NCBI GenBank assembly: GCA_028826165.1
Contig: JAPDFW010000061.1
Span: 124,001 to 188,000 of the forward strand
Direction: 5' to 3'
Source of the DNA: Anaeramoeba ignava BMAN
Lineage: Eukaryota; Protista; Anaeramoebae
DNA: 64,000 bases
Notes under the pieces: generated by a model
Databases searched by the model: none
The model's input: the letters and a program-made list of their open reading frames with translations, nothing else
What the model was told of the DNA's origin: nothing
Translations under genes and position numbers: made by a program
Shown here: piece after piece, positions 51,150 through 63,634 of the stretch
How positions within the stretch are numbered: the first letter of the stretch is position 1
Layout: each line of letters starts with the position of its first letter

Positions 51150-51730
51150 TATAAAAATAAATATAAAATAAATATAAATATAAATATAAATATAAAATAT
51201 AAAAATCTAAAATCTAAATCTAAATCTAAATCTAAATATAAATATAAATATAAATATAAATATAAATCTAAATCTAAAATATAAATATAAATATAAATAT
51301 AAATATAAATATAAATATAAATCTAAATATAAATATAAATATAAATCTAAATCTAAATCTAAATAAAAATCTAAATATAAATATAAATATAAATATAAAT
51401 ATAAATCTAAATATAAATATAAATCTAAATCTAAATTTAAATATAAATATAAATATAAATCTAAATCTAAATATAAATATAAATATAAATATAATTCTAA
51501 ATATAAATATAAATCCAAATCAAAATCAAATTCAAATTCAAAATCAAAATCAAATTCAAATTCAAAATCAAAATCAAATTCAAATTCAAAATCAAATTCA
51601 AAATCAAATTCAAATTCAAAATCAAATTCAAAATCAAATTCAAATTCAAATTCAAATTCAAATTCAAATTCAAATTCAAAATATAAATATCAATCTAAAT
51701 ATCAATATCAAAATCTAAATATAAATATAA
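51150..51730. repeat. Hexamer microsatellite mosaic (AAATAT / AAATCT / AAATTC / AAAATC), probably intronic
   Basis: Direct 6-nt periodicity with changing unit. Confidence 0.85.
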
Positions 51731-51761
51731 TTGAAATTAAATGAAAAAAAAAAAAGTAAAT

Positions 51762-52034
51762 GAAACTGTTCAAATGATTGGATCATTTCCACCAAAAAAA
51801 GAAATTTTTGAATTTACAAGTCCTTATGAAGAAGTTTTAACTGGAGAAGCTAATACGAAACCTTACAAAGGAATTGCACAAGTAAATCCAAAATAAAATT
51901 AAAATTTAATCAAAAATAAAATTAATAAAATTTTAATCCAAAATAAAAAAATAATTTAGTTCAGTGACGATGATGGAAGAATTCTTTTGGATCTTAATTA
52001 TACATTCCAATTAGTCAAAGAATGGAAAGATTAA
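51762..52034 (+). CDS. Rho GDP-dissociation inhibitor, last two exons (~51762..51881, 51960..52034); not in ORF track
   Basis: ETVQMIGSFPPKKEIFEFTSPYEEVLTGEANTKPYKGIAQ|FSDDDGRILLDLNYTFQLVKEWKD* matches the RhoGDI pattern M.GSY.P....YEF..P.EE.P.G......Y.....F.DDD....L.......I.K.W. A fragment KSLGGNDKNIEKWKERL at ~50735-50790 resembles the GDI regulatory arm. Confidence 0.85.
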
Positions 52035-52234
52035 AAGAAAAAAAAGAAAAGAAAAGAAAAGAAAAGAAAGGAATTTTTTTTGATATTTTTTTTTGATATT
52101 TTTTTTTTAAATTCCTTTTCAATTTCAAATGATCGAAAAGAACACAAAAAAAAAGATTAAATAAAAAGGAAAGAAAGAAAGAAAAAAAAAATTAAAAAAT
52201 TTTTTCATTTTTTTTTCATTTTTCATTTTTTAAT

Positions 52235-55200
52235 ATGAATTGTTTTGATTCAAATCTCAAAACCTGGTTAGTAATTACTAGTGACCACAAATTAAAACTT
52301 TGGGATACAAACACAGGGAAAATAATTCACGACTTTACATTGCCATCTCATTTATCAACAACAATTACAGCCTTGGCATGGACAAACCAACATGAATCAC
52401 GATTTATAAACAAGGTAAACAAAAATAAATATACAAATTCCCACATAAACTTTTCATACCATTTACTCCTGTTATCAAAATATGCGCCTTGTTTTATACT
52501 TAGCTTGGTGGTCTTGGAACTGCTGTTTTGGGAACTCAAAAAGGAAAAATAATTTTGTTTAATCTTTCTTCTCAAGAAATTATCACAGAAATTCAAGATG
52601 AAACAACTTCTAATTTTGGAAAAATTAATGATATTAAATTATCTCAAGATTCTGCTTATATTTACTCCTCTTATGAAGCTGGTTTTGTTTGTATTTGGAA
52701 TTTTCCAAACTCGAGCATTATTCAAGTAAATTAAAATTAAAAATTAAATATAAATTAAAATTAAAATTAAAAATTAAATCAAAATTAAATTAAAATTAAA
52801 ATTCAATATAAATTAAAATTAAAAATTAAAATTAAAATTAAAATTAAAAATTAAAATTAAAATTAAAATTAAATTTAAAATTAAAATTAAAATTAAAATT
52901 AAAATTAAAATTAAAATTAAAATTAAAATTAAAATTAAAATTAAAATTAAAAATTAAAATTAAAAATTAAAATTAAAATTCAAATTAAAATTAAAAATTA
53001 AAATTAAAATTAAAATTAAAAATTAAAATTAAAATTAAAATTAAAATTAAAATTAAAAAAATTAAAATTAAAATTAAAATTAAAATTAAAATTAAAATTA
53101 AAATTAAAATTAAAATTAAAATTAAAATTAAAATTAAAAATTAAAAATTAAAATCAAAATCAAAATTAAATTAATTATTTTTTTAATTAGAGTTTTTAAA
53201 GCAAGTTCAAGATCAGTTACAAGAATTGAAATTAGTAATAATCAAAAAATTATTTTAACAACTACTGCTAGTATTAAAAATGGGAAATAAAAAACCAAGT
53301 TGTAAATTTTAAAATCAAAATTGAAAAAAATCAAAATTGAAAAATTTGAATGAAAATTTGAATGAAAAATTAAAAAGGTTTTGGATAAATATGCTGGACA
53401 TCAAAATGCTATCCAATTTATTCAATTTTTTCCAAATGAAAAATATTTTATTACATTAGCAGGGGAATTATATGCAAATTTATGGGAAACAAACAAATCC
53501 TCAAACCCAAATCGTATATATAAATTTAATAATAATTTTAATAATAATTTAATAATAATTTTAATAATAATTTTAATAATAATTTTAATAATAATTTTAA
53601 TAATAATTTTAATAATAATTTAATAATAATTTTAATAATAATTTTAATAATAATTTTATAAATAATTTTAATAATAATTTTATTAATAATTTTATAAATA
53701 ATTTTAATAATAATTTTATAAATAATTTTTAATAATAATTTTAATAATAATTTTAATAACTAATATAATTAAAAAAATAAAATAAAAAAAATAATAAATT
53801 TTAAAAAAATTGAAAAATAAAATTTTTAATAATAATTTTAATAATAATTTTAATAATAATTTTTAATAATAATTTTAATAATCAATTTTAATAAAATAAT
53901 AATTTTAATAATAATTTTATAATAAATTTTAATAATAATTTTAATAATAATTTTAATAATAAATTTAAATAATAAATTTAATAATAAATTTAATAATAAA
54001 TTTAATAATAATTTTTAATAATAATTTTAATAATAATTACATTAAAGGGGAATTTTATGCAAATTTATAAATAATTTTAAAACAATTTTAATAATAATTT
54101 TAATAATAATTTTAATAAATAATTTTAATAATAATTTTAATAATAAATTTAATAATAAATTTAATAATAATTTTAATAATAAATTTAATAATAAATTTAA
54201 TAATAATTTTAATAATAAATTTAATAATAATCTTATAAATAATTTTAATAATAATTTTTAATAATAATTTTAATAATAATTTTAATAATAATTTTAATAA
54301 TAATTTTAATAATAATTTTAATAATAATTTTAATAATAATTTTAATAATAATTTTAATAATAATTTTAATAATAATAATTTTACAAATAATTTTAATAAT
54401 AATTTTAATAATAAATATAATAATTTTAATAATAATTTTAATAATAATTTTAATAATAATTTTAATAATAATTTTTAATAATAATTTTAATAATAATTTT
54501 TAATAATTTTAATAATAATTTTAATAATAAATATAAAACAAATTAATAAATTTAATAATAATAATAAATTTAATAATAAATTTTAATAAATTTTAATAAT
54601 AATTTTAATAATAATTTTAATAATAATTTTAATAATAATTTTATAATAATTTTAATAATAATTTTAATAATAAATTTAATAATAAATTTAATAATAAATT
54701 TAATAATAAATATAATAATAAATATAATAATAATTTTAATAATAATTTTAATAATAATTTTAATAATAATTTTAATAATAATTTTAATAATCAATTTAAT
54801 AATAATTTTATAAATAATTTAATAATAATTTTAATAATAATTTTTATAATAATTTTAATATTATTTTTTTCAGCTTTGATATCAGATTCACCAACAAAAA
54901 CAGCAGAATTTTATCACATCCCTAAAAAAAATGAAACAAGAATTCTTCTTATTGCAGATCAAGCTTGTTATCTTTATAATTATAATGAAAATCAAAATTT
55001 AAATATGAATGATAAACAAAAAATTATGGATCAAAAATATAAGATAAAAATTACAAGAAATCAAAAAGAAGGCAAAATTATTGCCTGCAAATTTTTAACT
55101 AGCAAAAAAATTTTACTTGTTCATGGAACTCCAGATAATCCATTTTTTGAAACAATTGTAATCAGTTTTTCCTTTTAATAATGAAAAAAAAATGATAAAA

Positions 55201-56206
55201 TCTTCGTTTTTATTAAATAATCAAAATTTTATTTATTTATTTAGATTTTTTATTCTCATAAAAAAGGAGGTTTTTTTGATTCTATAATTCCAATAAGAAC
55301 ATTAACTTTAACTGAGAAAAAAAAGGAAGTTGTATGTGAATGAATTGATTGATAAAATTAAAATTAAAAATTAAAATTCATTTATAAAATTAAAATTAAA
55401 ATTAAAATTAAAATTAAAATTAAAATTAAAATTTAAATTTAAAATCTAAATTTTCAGGGCGAAGATCCAATGGAAATTGAAAAGGAAATGAAACAAAGAG
55501 AAAATGAAACTCATTTATTACTTTCCCAAAATGTTGCTTTTTCAATTCCTCAATCAAAATTTCAACAAGATCAATTAATTTTTCAAAAAGAAGATTTTTA
55601 TGAAACTTTTACTTATCCAAAAGCAACAGAAAAACAAATAAAATCATTAGGACAAAAAATAGAAAATGATTTTATGGAATTAGAAAAGAAAAATTTACAA
55701 ATTCAAACACCAAAAATTATTGTAAAAAAAAAATAATTTTCCAAAAACATGAAATTTAAAAAAAATTCAAAAATAATTTCCTTAAACATGAAATTTAAAA
55801 ATATTTTAAAAATAATTTTTCTTTTCATTAGAAAAAATCAAAACTCATTTCAATTATTAAGAAAAATATTTCAGAAAATCAAACAATTATTGCAATTAAT
55901 CATCTTCTTTACTTGAAAAACCAACAAAAAATTCTCAATATTATTCAAGAAATTCCAACAGATTGTGTTGTTCCTTTAATTTTAGAAATGATTTCACTTT
56001 CAAAATCAAATACAAAAACATTTAATAAACTATATTTTTGGATTCAAAATTTACTTATAATAAGAACTAAAGACGCTCTTTCAAATAAAATTGTTAATGA
56101 AAGTTTAATTGAATTTAATAAACTTTGTGAAGAAAGAACAGAAAATCTAAGAAATCTTTTCAAATTAAATGGAAAAATTTCACATTCATTAACAAAAAGA
56201 AAATAG
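52235..56206 (+). CDS. WDR43: WD40 + Utp12-domain SSU processome protein (WDR43/UTP5-like), multi-exon; some internal junctions imperfect
   Basis: WLVITSDHKLKLWDT..PSHLSTTITALAW, AVLGTQKGKIILFN and YAGHQNAI resemble WDR43; the C-terminal helical region (IQEIPTDCVVPLI..FWIQNLL..LFKLNGKI) resembles the Utp12 domain. Introns include 52415..52503, 52726..~53190 and 53514..54873. Confidence 0.75.
52735..53170. repeat. (TAAAAT)n intronic microsatellite
   Basis: Direct periodicity. Confidence 0.9.
53525..54860. repeat. 12-bp (AATAATAATTTT)n intronic satellite in the WDR43-like gene
   Basis: Direct periodicity between the GT at 53514 and the CAG at 54871-54873. Confidence 0.9.
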
Positions 56207-56350
56207 AAGAAAAAGAAATAGAAAAATTAATAGAAAAAACAAATTTTTTTTTTCAATAAAGAATTTAAAAAAAAAAAGCAAAAAAAAATTTTTTGAATTT
56301 TTGTTCCACTTTTTTTTATTTTAATTTTTAAATTTAATTTTAATTTAATT

Positions 56351-57547
56351 TTAATAATCTTCTTTTTCATGTTTTGCAAATAAATCTCTTAAAAATAAAG
56401 CAAAATAAAAAAATACAGAAATGCAACATTGAGCAATATACCAAGTTGGAGAAATAGCAACTGAAACAGAAGACAAATAATAAGCAAGACCAAGATACAT
56501 AATTGCACGAACCAAGCAATTTCCCGCAACTTTAGAAGCGTTTTTTTCATTTTCAATGAAATGATTTTGTGCATCTTTATTGAAGATCAAACGAAAATAT
56601 TTTGAATAAGCCAAATTAAAGGGAATATAACTAATGGTGAGATAGAAAATAAGAATTGAAAAGACGGGCTCAATATTATTCACGAAGGGGATTATGCTAT
56701 TCAAGTTGTTTTTATTGAAGAAAATTTTGATTTTTTCCTTTATAAGTGACTGAAGTTGCTCACGCGAAATGTTTTGAGGATGAAGTCCAAAATCAAGGAT
56801 ATCTTTCAAACCAAACGAGACATTTTGATTCAAACCAATCCCGTGTTTTTCCGGTTCTAGCTCTAGTTTTGTTTCTTCGTAAATTGTGTTTGAGAAGAAA
56901 GTGCAATTTTTGACAAACGAATTTTTAAATGTTTTTTTTAACAGAAATAAAAGGAATAAACCAAACATTGCCGCGTCTAAAATGTTTCTTTTTTTTGAGA
57001 CCAATGAGAATATTAGCGACAAAACAATCAAACCGATGACGAAATAGAAAAAAAGTTTTTGGTTGTGATCCAAAACTGAGCATTTTAAGATCTGGAAAAA
57101 AAACACACTTGCAACTGCAAAACATAAAATGGAAACGATAATCTTCACAAAGAAAAACTGGAGATTTGAACGTATAAATTGGAAGGATAATTTTCTATTG
57201 AAAAACAAAATCAATCGAGTGATTTGAATTGATTCAAAAATGAGCAGCACAGGAAAAAAATAAGAAAGAATATAATCATTGTAATATTTGGTGATTGAAT
57301 CGGGAAGAAATGTAAAAGAAAAGTATGTGACTAGAAGTGTCCATACAATGTTTAGTAAAGGAAAGAAAATGATTTTGTATAAAAAATTATTTGACATAAA
57401 AAGTGCCAAAATTGATGAAATTATTTCAAGTGTAATTAATCCTATTGATTGTTTTTGTGATGCTGTAATTCCATACAAAAATTGAAAAAGAATTATTGAA
57501 ATGAATGAAAGAGTAAATGTAATTGTTTTAATTATGAAAGAAATCAT
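56351..57547 (-). CDS. Multi-pass membrane protein, possibly ICE2/Serinc superfamily
   Basis: Intronless 398-aa ORF with about 8-10 hydrophobic segments. ILSYFFPVLLIFESIQITRLI, RNILDAAMFG and TWYIAQCCISVFFY loosely recall ICE2 helices; the family call is tentative. Confidence 0.55.
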   Translation of the reverse strand: MISFIIKTITFTLSFISIILFQFLYGITASQKQSIGLITLEIISSILALFMSNNFLYKIIFFPLLNIVWTLLVTYFSFTFLPDSITKYYNDYILSYFFPVLLIFESIQITRLILFFNRKLSFQFIRSNLQFFFVKIIVSILCFAVASVFFFQILKCSVLDHNQKLFFYFVIGLIVLSLIFSLVSKKRNILDAAMFGLFLLFLLKKTFKNSFVKNCTFFSNTIYEETKLELEPEKHGIGLNQNVSFGLKDILDFGLHPQNISREQLQSLIKEKIKIFFNKNNLNSIIPFVNNIEPVFSILIFYLTISYIPFNLAYSKYFRLIFNKDAQNHFIENEKNASKVAGNCLVRAIMYLGLAYYLSSVSVAISPTWYIAQCCISVFFYFALFLRDLFAKHEKEDY

Positions 57548-57619
57548 TTTGATAAGAAGAAAATGAAAAATGAAAAATTTGAAAAAAATTTTTTAATTTT
57601 AATTTTGATTTTTAAATTG

Positions 57620-59381
57620 TTAAATTAATAAATCAAATAAATTTGGATTTGTTTGATTTAATTGAAAATAATCAATTCCTCTTTTAATTTCATTAATAAT
57701 TTCTTGTGTAATTTGAATTTCATCTTTAATTTGATTTGAATAAATCCAATATTCAAATATTTGAAATGATTTATTACTTAATTCACTATAATCTGTAACT
57801 TTATTTGATTTATCTTCAGTTACAGATAAAAACATTCCTCGATATAATTCACTTCTCATTATTAATATTAATTTGGGAAATTTATATTGTTTTTCTTTTC
57901 TTTCAATTATAAAATCTTTTTCATTTTCATTTTCATTTTCATTTAAATAAATTCTTTTCATTGTTTCTTCAATTTTTTCATTTGAATTTATAATTTCTTT
58001 AATTTCAGAATATAATTTTGGATTTATTATGGAATTGTTTGAATAAATCATTTCAAATATTTGATTAGATTCTTTAATTGATTTTTTTGAAATAATTTCT
58101 TGAAGTTTTTCAATTTCATTTTCATCTTTTAATCTATATTTCAATATTAATTTATGAGCTTCGATTATTTCTCCATTTTTGGTTTTAAATGAAATATCAC
58201 AAAATTCTTTTCTTTCAAATAATTTTATCAAATCTTCTTCAAGATTGGAAAAAGGAGAAAGGAAAGGTGAATAATAAAGAAATGATTTATAATCTCCACA
58301 AAGAACATGATAATTAGAAATATCTTCATTAAATCTTAATTTAGGAAGTTTAATTTGGATTGGAATTAATTGATCATTTATGGTATTTTCAGTTCCTAAT
58401 TCTCCAGAATAATTAGCTCCAAATCCAATTAATTTCGCTTTAGTTGTTAAAATCAAAGTATGCTCATTTCCAACAGAAAAATCAAGAATATTTTCATTTT
58501 CAAATAAAGATGATTTGATTTCAGTAAATTCATTAGTATTTTGATATTTACCAAGTCCATTATATTCATAATCTCCACATGAATAAAGTTTTCTTTTTGG
58601 ATTTCTATCTTTGATCAGAATTAGTGAATGAGTAGCTCCACATTGAATATCAATTATTTTACCCTTTTGGAATATTTTGGATTTTGGTTAATTTTTGGAT
58701 TGTTATTTCTTCTTTTCTTGATTCTCCTAATCCAAGTTGACCATATTTGTTATATCCGCATCCAAATAATTCTTGATTTGAATTCAAAAGAAAAACATGA
58801 TTTGAAGAATTTCCTGAAAATATTTTAGAAATATTTTTCATCATTAAAATTGGTTTTTCTGTTCTTTTAAGTGTTTCAGAATCAAAACCAAGTTGACCAA
58901 ATTGATTTGAACCAATTCCATAAGCATTTTGATTTGAAGTTAATAAGTAAATTGAATAAGCTCCAGAAACAATATTTTGAATTATTCTATCATTTGTATC
59001 TTCAATTAATGATGAAATATTGATAAATTCATTTTGATTTCTTGGATTAATATCATATCCTTTTGCAAATACATTTCCTTCTGTTGTTAAAATAGCTTCA
59101 TTTTGATAACCAACAGTTACTTTTTGAATATTTTCAATTTGGATTTTTGAAGGATTTTGATTTGAATCATTTTCATTTAAATATTCTATTGCTTTTCCAT
59201 TTTTAAAAAGGAAAATTGTTGAATAATTTCCTGATGAAATTTGTTTAATTTGATTTTCATTTTCATTTTCATTTTCATTTTCATTTTCAAATTTAAATTG
59301 AATTGGTTTTGTTATTTTTTCTGGTTCATTTTTAATAAGAATTGGTGTTTTATTTCTTCCAAAAAATAAACAATCATTCAT
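57620..59381 (-). CDS. RCC1-BTB-BTB protein, array B copy 1 (+1 frameshift near 58662)
   Basis: ORFs 58659..59381 and 57620..58456 plus the intervening in-frame homologous sequence. Confidence 0.85.
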
Positions 59382-59646
59382 TTTTGAAAAGAAAAAAATG
59401 AAAAAAAATGAAAAATGATTTTTATTTTTATTTTTTGAATTTTAATTTTAAATTTAATTTTAATTTTGATTTAAATTTTAATTTTAATTTTAATTTTAAT
59501 TTTAATTTTAATTTTAATTTTAATTTTAATTTTAATTTTAATTTTAATTTTAATTTTAATTTTTAATTTAATTTTAATTTTTAATTTGATTTTAAATTTT
59601 AATTTTTATTTTAATTTTAATTTTAATTTTAATTTTAATTTTAATT

Positions 59647-61420
59647 TTAATTTTGATTTTTAAATTTGTTAATTAATAAATCAAATAAATTTGGATTTGT
59701 TTGATTTAATTGAAAATAATCAATTCCAGTTTCTAATTCATCAATAATTTCTTGAGTAATTTGAATTTCATCTTTAATTTGATTTGAATAAATCCAATAT
59801 TCAAATATTTGAAATGATTTATTACTTAATTCACTATAATCTGTAACTTTATTAGAAGTATCTTCTGTTACAGATAAAAACATTCCTCGATATAATTCAC
59901 TTCTCATTATTAATATTAATTTGGGAAATTTATATTGTTTTTCTTTTCTTTCAATTATAAAATCTTTTTCATTTTCATTTTCATTTTCATTTAAATAAAT
60001 TCTTTTCATTGTTTCTTCAATTTTTTCATTTGAATTTATAATTTCTTTAATTTCAGAATATAATTTTGGATTTATTTTGGAATTGTTTGAATAAATCATT
60101 TCAAATATTTGATTTGATTCTTGAATTGATTTATTTGAAATAATTTCTTGAAGTTTCTCAATTTCATTTTCATTTTGATTTAATCTATATTTCAATATTA
60201 ATTTATGAGCTGAGATTATTTCTCCATTTTTTGTTTTAAATGAAATATCACAAAATTCTTTTCTTTCAAATAATTTTATCAAATCTTCTTCAAGATTGGA
60301 AAAAGGAGAAAGGAAAGGTGAATAATAAAGAAATGATTTGTTAAATCCACAAGAAATATGATAATTGTAAATATTTTCATTAAATCTTAATTTAGGAAGT
60401 TCAATTTGAATTGGAATTAATTGATTATTTGTATCTCTAGTTCCTAATTGACCATGTTCATTATTCCCAAATATTATTAATTTTGAATTGGAAGTTAAAA
60501 TCAAAGTATGCTCATTTCCAACAGAAAAATCAATAATATTATCATTATTATTTTCAAATAAAGGTGATTTGATTTCAGTAAATTCATTAGTATCTTCATC
60601 TTCACCTTTGCCAAGTCCATTATATTTACAATCACCACATGAATAAAGTTTTCTTTTTGGATTTTCATCTTGATTTTCAATCAACATTATTGAATGATTA
60701 AATCCACCTTGAATATCAATTATTTTACCTTTTGGAATATTTTTGAATTTGGTTAATTTGTAAACTTTTGCTTCTGTTTTTGATTTTTGTAGTCCAAGTT
60801 GACCATGATAATTATATCCGCATCCAAATAATTCTTGATTTGAATTCAAAAGAAAAATACAATCTGAAGAATTTCCTGAAAATATTTTAGAAATATTTTT
60901 CATCATTAAAATTGGTTTTTCTGTTTTATTAAGTGTTTTTAGAATCTAAAACCAAGTTGACCATAATTATTTGATCCAATTCCATAAACATTTTGATTTG
61001 AAGTTAATAAGTAAATTGAACTATATCCAGAAATAACATCTTGAATTATTCTATCATTTGTATCTTCAATTAATGATGAAATATTGATAAACTCTTTTTG
61101 ATTTTTGGATTAATATTTCTTCCTTTGGCAAATACATTTCCTTCTATTGTTAAAATAGCTTCATTTTGATAACCAACAGTTACTTTTTGAATATTTTCAA
61201 TTTGGATTTTTGAAGGATTTAGTTTTGAATTTTTTAAATATTCTATTGCTTTTCCATTTTCAAAAAGGAAAATTGTTGAATAATTTCCTGTTGAAATTTG
61301 TTTAATTTGTTTTTCATTTTCATTTTCAAATTTAAATTGAATTGGTTTTGTTATTTTATCTTGTTCATTTTTTAAAAATTTTGGATATTTATTTAAACCA
61401 AAAAATAAAATTTCATTCAT
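59647..61420 (-). CDS. RCC1-BTB-BTB protein, array B copy 2 (frameshifts at ~60935-61105)
   Basis: ORFs 61070..61420 and 59647..60906 are collinear with intact copy A1. Confidence 0.85.
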
Positions 61421-61812
61421 TTTTGAAATGAAAAAAATGAAAAATGATTTTTGGAATTTTTATTTTTTGAATTTTAATTTTGAATTTTAATTTTAATTTT
61501 AATTTTGATTTTAATTTTAATTTTAATTTTAATTTTAATTTTAATTTTAATTTTGATTTTAATTTTAATTTTAAATTTTAATTTTAATTTTAATTTTAAT
61601 TTTAATTTTAATTTTAATTTTAATTTGAATTTTAATTTTAATTTTGATTTTAATTTTAATTTTAATTTTAATTTTAATTTTGATTTTAATTTTAATTTTA
61701 ATTTTGATTTTGATTTTAATTTTTATTTTAATTTTGATTTTAATTTTAATTTTAATTTTAATTTTGATTTTAATTTTGATTTTAATTTTAAATTTTAATT
61801 TAAATTTTAATT

Positions 61813-63634
61813 TTAATTTTGATTTTGATTATTAAATTTGTTAATTAATAAATCAAATAAATTTGGATTTGTTTGATTTAATTGAAAATAATCAATTCCA
61901 GTTTCTAATTCATCAATAATTTCTTGAGTAATTTGAATTTCATCTTTAATTTGATTTGAATAAATCCAATATTCAAATATTTGAAATGATTTATTACTTA
62001 ATTCACTATAATCTGTAACTTTATTAGATTTATCTTCAGTTACAGATAAAAACATTCCTCGATATAATTCACTTCTCATTATTAATATTAATTTATGAAA
62101 TTTGTATTGTTTTTCTTTTCTTTCAATTATAAAATCTTTTTCATTTTCATTTTCATTTAAATAAATTCTTTTCATTGTTTCTTCAATTTTTTCATTTGAA
62201 TTTATAATTTCTTTAATTTCAGAATATAATTTTGGATTTATTTTTGAATTGTTTGAATAAATCATTTCAAATATTTGATTTGATTCTTTAATTGATTTTT
62301 TTGAAATAATTTCTTTAAGTTTTTCAATTTGATTTTGATTTTGATTTAATCTATATTTCAATATTAATTTATGAGCTTCAATTATTTCTCTATTTTCTGT
62401 TTTAAATGAAATATCACAAAATTCTTTTCTTCTAAATAATTTTATCAAATCTTCTTCAAGATTGGAAAAAGGAGAAAGAGAAGGAGAATAATAAAGAAAT
62501 GATTTGTTAAATCCACAAGAAAGATGATAATTGTAAATATTTTCATTAAATCTTAATTTAGGAAGTTCAATTTGAATTGGAATTAATTGATTATTTGTAT
62601 CTCCAGTTCCTAATTGACCATGTTCATTATTCCCAAATATTATTAATTTTGAATTGGATGTTAAAATCAAATTATGCTCATTTCCAACAGAAAAATCAAG
62701 AATATTTTCATTTTCAAATAAAGATGATTTGATTTCAGTAAATTCATTAGTATCTTCATCTTCACCTTTGCCAAGTCCATTATATCTCCAATCTCCACAT
62801 GAATAAAATTTTCTTTTTGGATTTTCATCTTCATCTTCATCTTCATTTTCATTTTCAATCAACATGATTGAATGATTAAATCCACCTTGAATATCAATTA
62901 TTTTGCCTTTTGGAATATTTTTGAATTTGGTTAATTTGTAAACTTTTGCTTCTGTTTTTGATTTTTGTAGTCCAAGTTGACCATGATAATTATATCCGCA
63001 TCCAAATAATTCTTGATTTGAATTTAAAAGAAAAATACAATCTGAAGAATTTCCTGAAAATATTTTAGAAATATTTTTCATCATTGAAATTGGTTTTTCT
63101 GTTTTATTAAGTGTATCATGACTAAAACCAAGTTGACCCCAACCATTTGAACCAATTCCATAAACATTTATGATTTGAAGTTAATAAGTAAATTGAACTG
63201 TATCCAGAAACAATATCTTGAATTATTCTATCATTTGTATCTTCAATTAATGATGAAATATTGATAAATTCATTTGGATTATTTGGATTAATATTTCTTC
63301 CTTTGGCAAATAAATTTCCTTCTATTGTTAAAATAGCTTCATTAAAATAACCAACAGTTACTTTTTGAATATTTTCAATTTGAATTTTTGAAGGATTTTG
63401 TTTTGAATATCTTGAATATTCTATTGCTTTTCCATTTTTGAAAAGGAAAATTGTTGAAAAATTTCCTGATGAAATTTGTTTAATTTGATTTTCATTTTCA
63501 TTTTCATTTTCATTTTCATTTTCATTTTCATTTTCATTTTCAAATTTAAATTGAATTGGTTTTTTTATTTCTTTTGGTTCATTTTTGATAAGAGTTGGAT
63601 ATTCATTTAAACCAAAAAATAAACAATCATTCAT
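61813..63634 (-). CDS. RCC1-BTB-BTB protein, array B copy 3 (frameshift near 63168)
   Basis: ORFs 63122..63634 and 61813..63084 are collinear with A1. Confidence 0.85.

Noticed and set aside
38763-52034. Alternative genetic code (TAA/TAG = Gln)
   Set aside because: TAA follows the natural C-termini (CAAX, RhoGDI WKD, Akirin NYII), and long ORFs lack in-frame TAA/TAG.
1-52034. Functional cluster of small-GTPase/phosphoinositide regulators (SAC9, RhoGEF, ArfGEF, RhoGDI)
   Set aside because: These families are abundant in amoeboid protists and are interspersed with unrelated genes, so chance is a sufficient explanation.
29764-63634. Calling the frameshifted RCC1-BTB and RING-kinase-PCMT copies pseudogenes
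   Set aside because: Breaks are mostly single-base indels in homopolymers with no accumulation of in-frame stops. Sequencing error is more parsimonious, but this is unproven.
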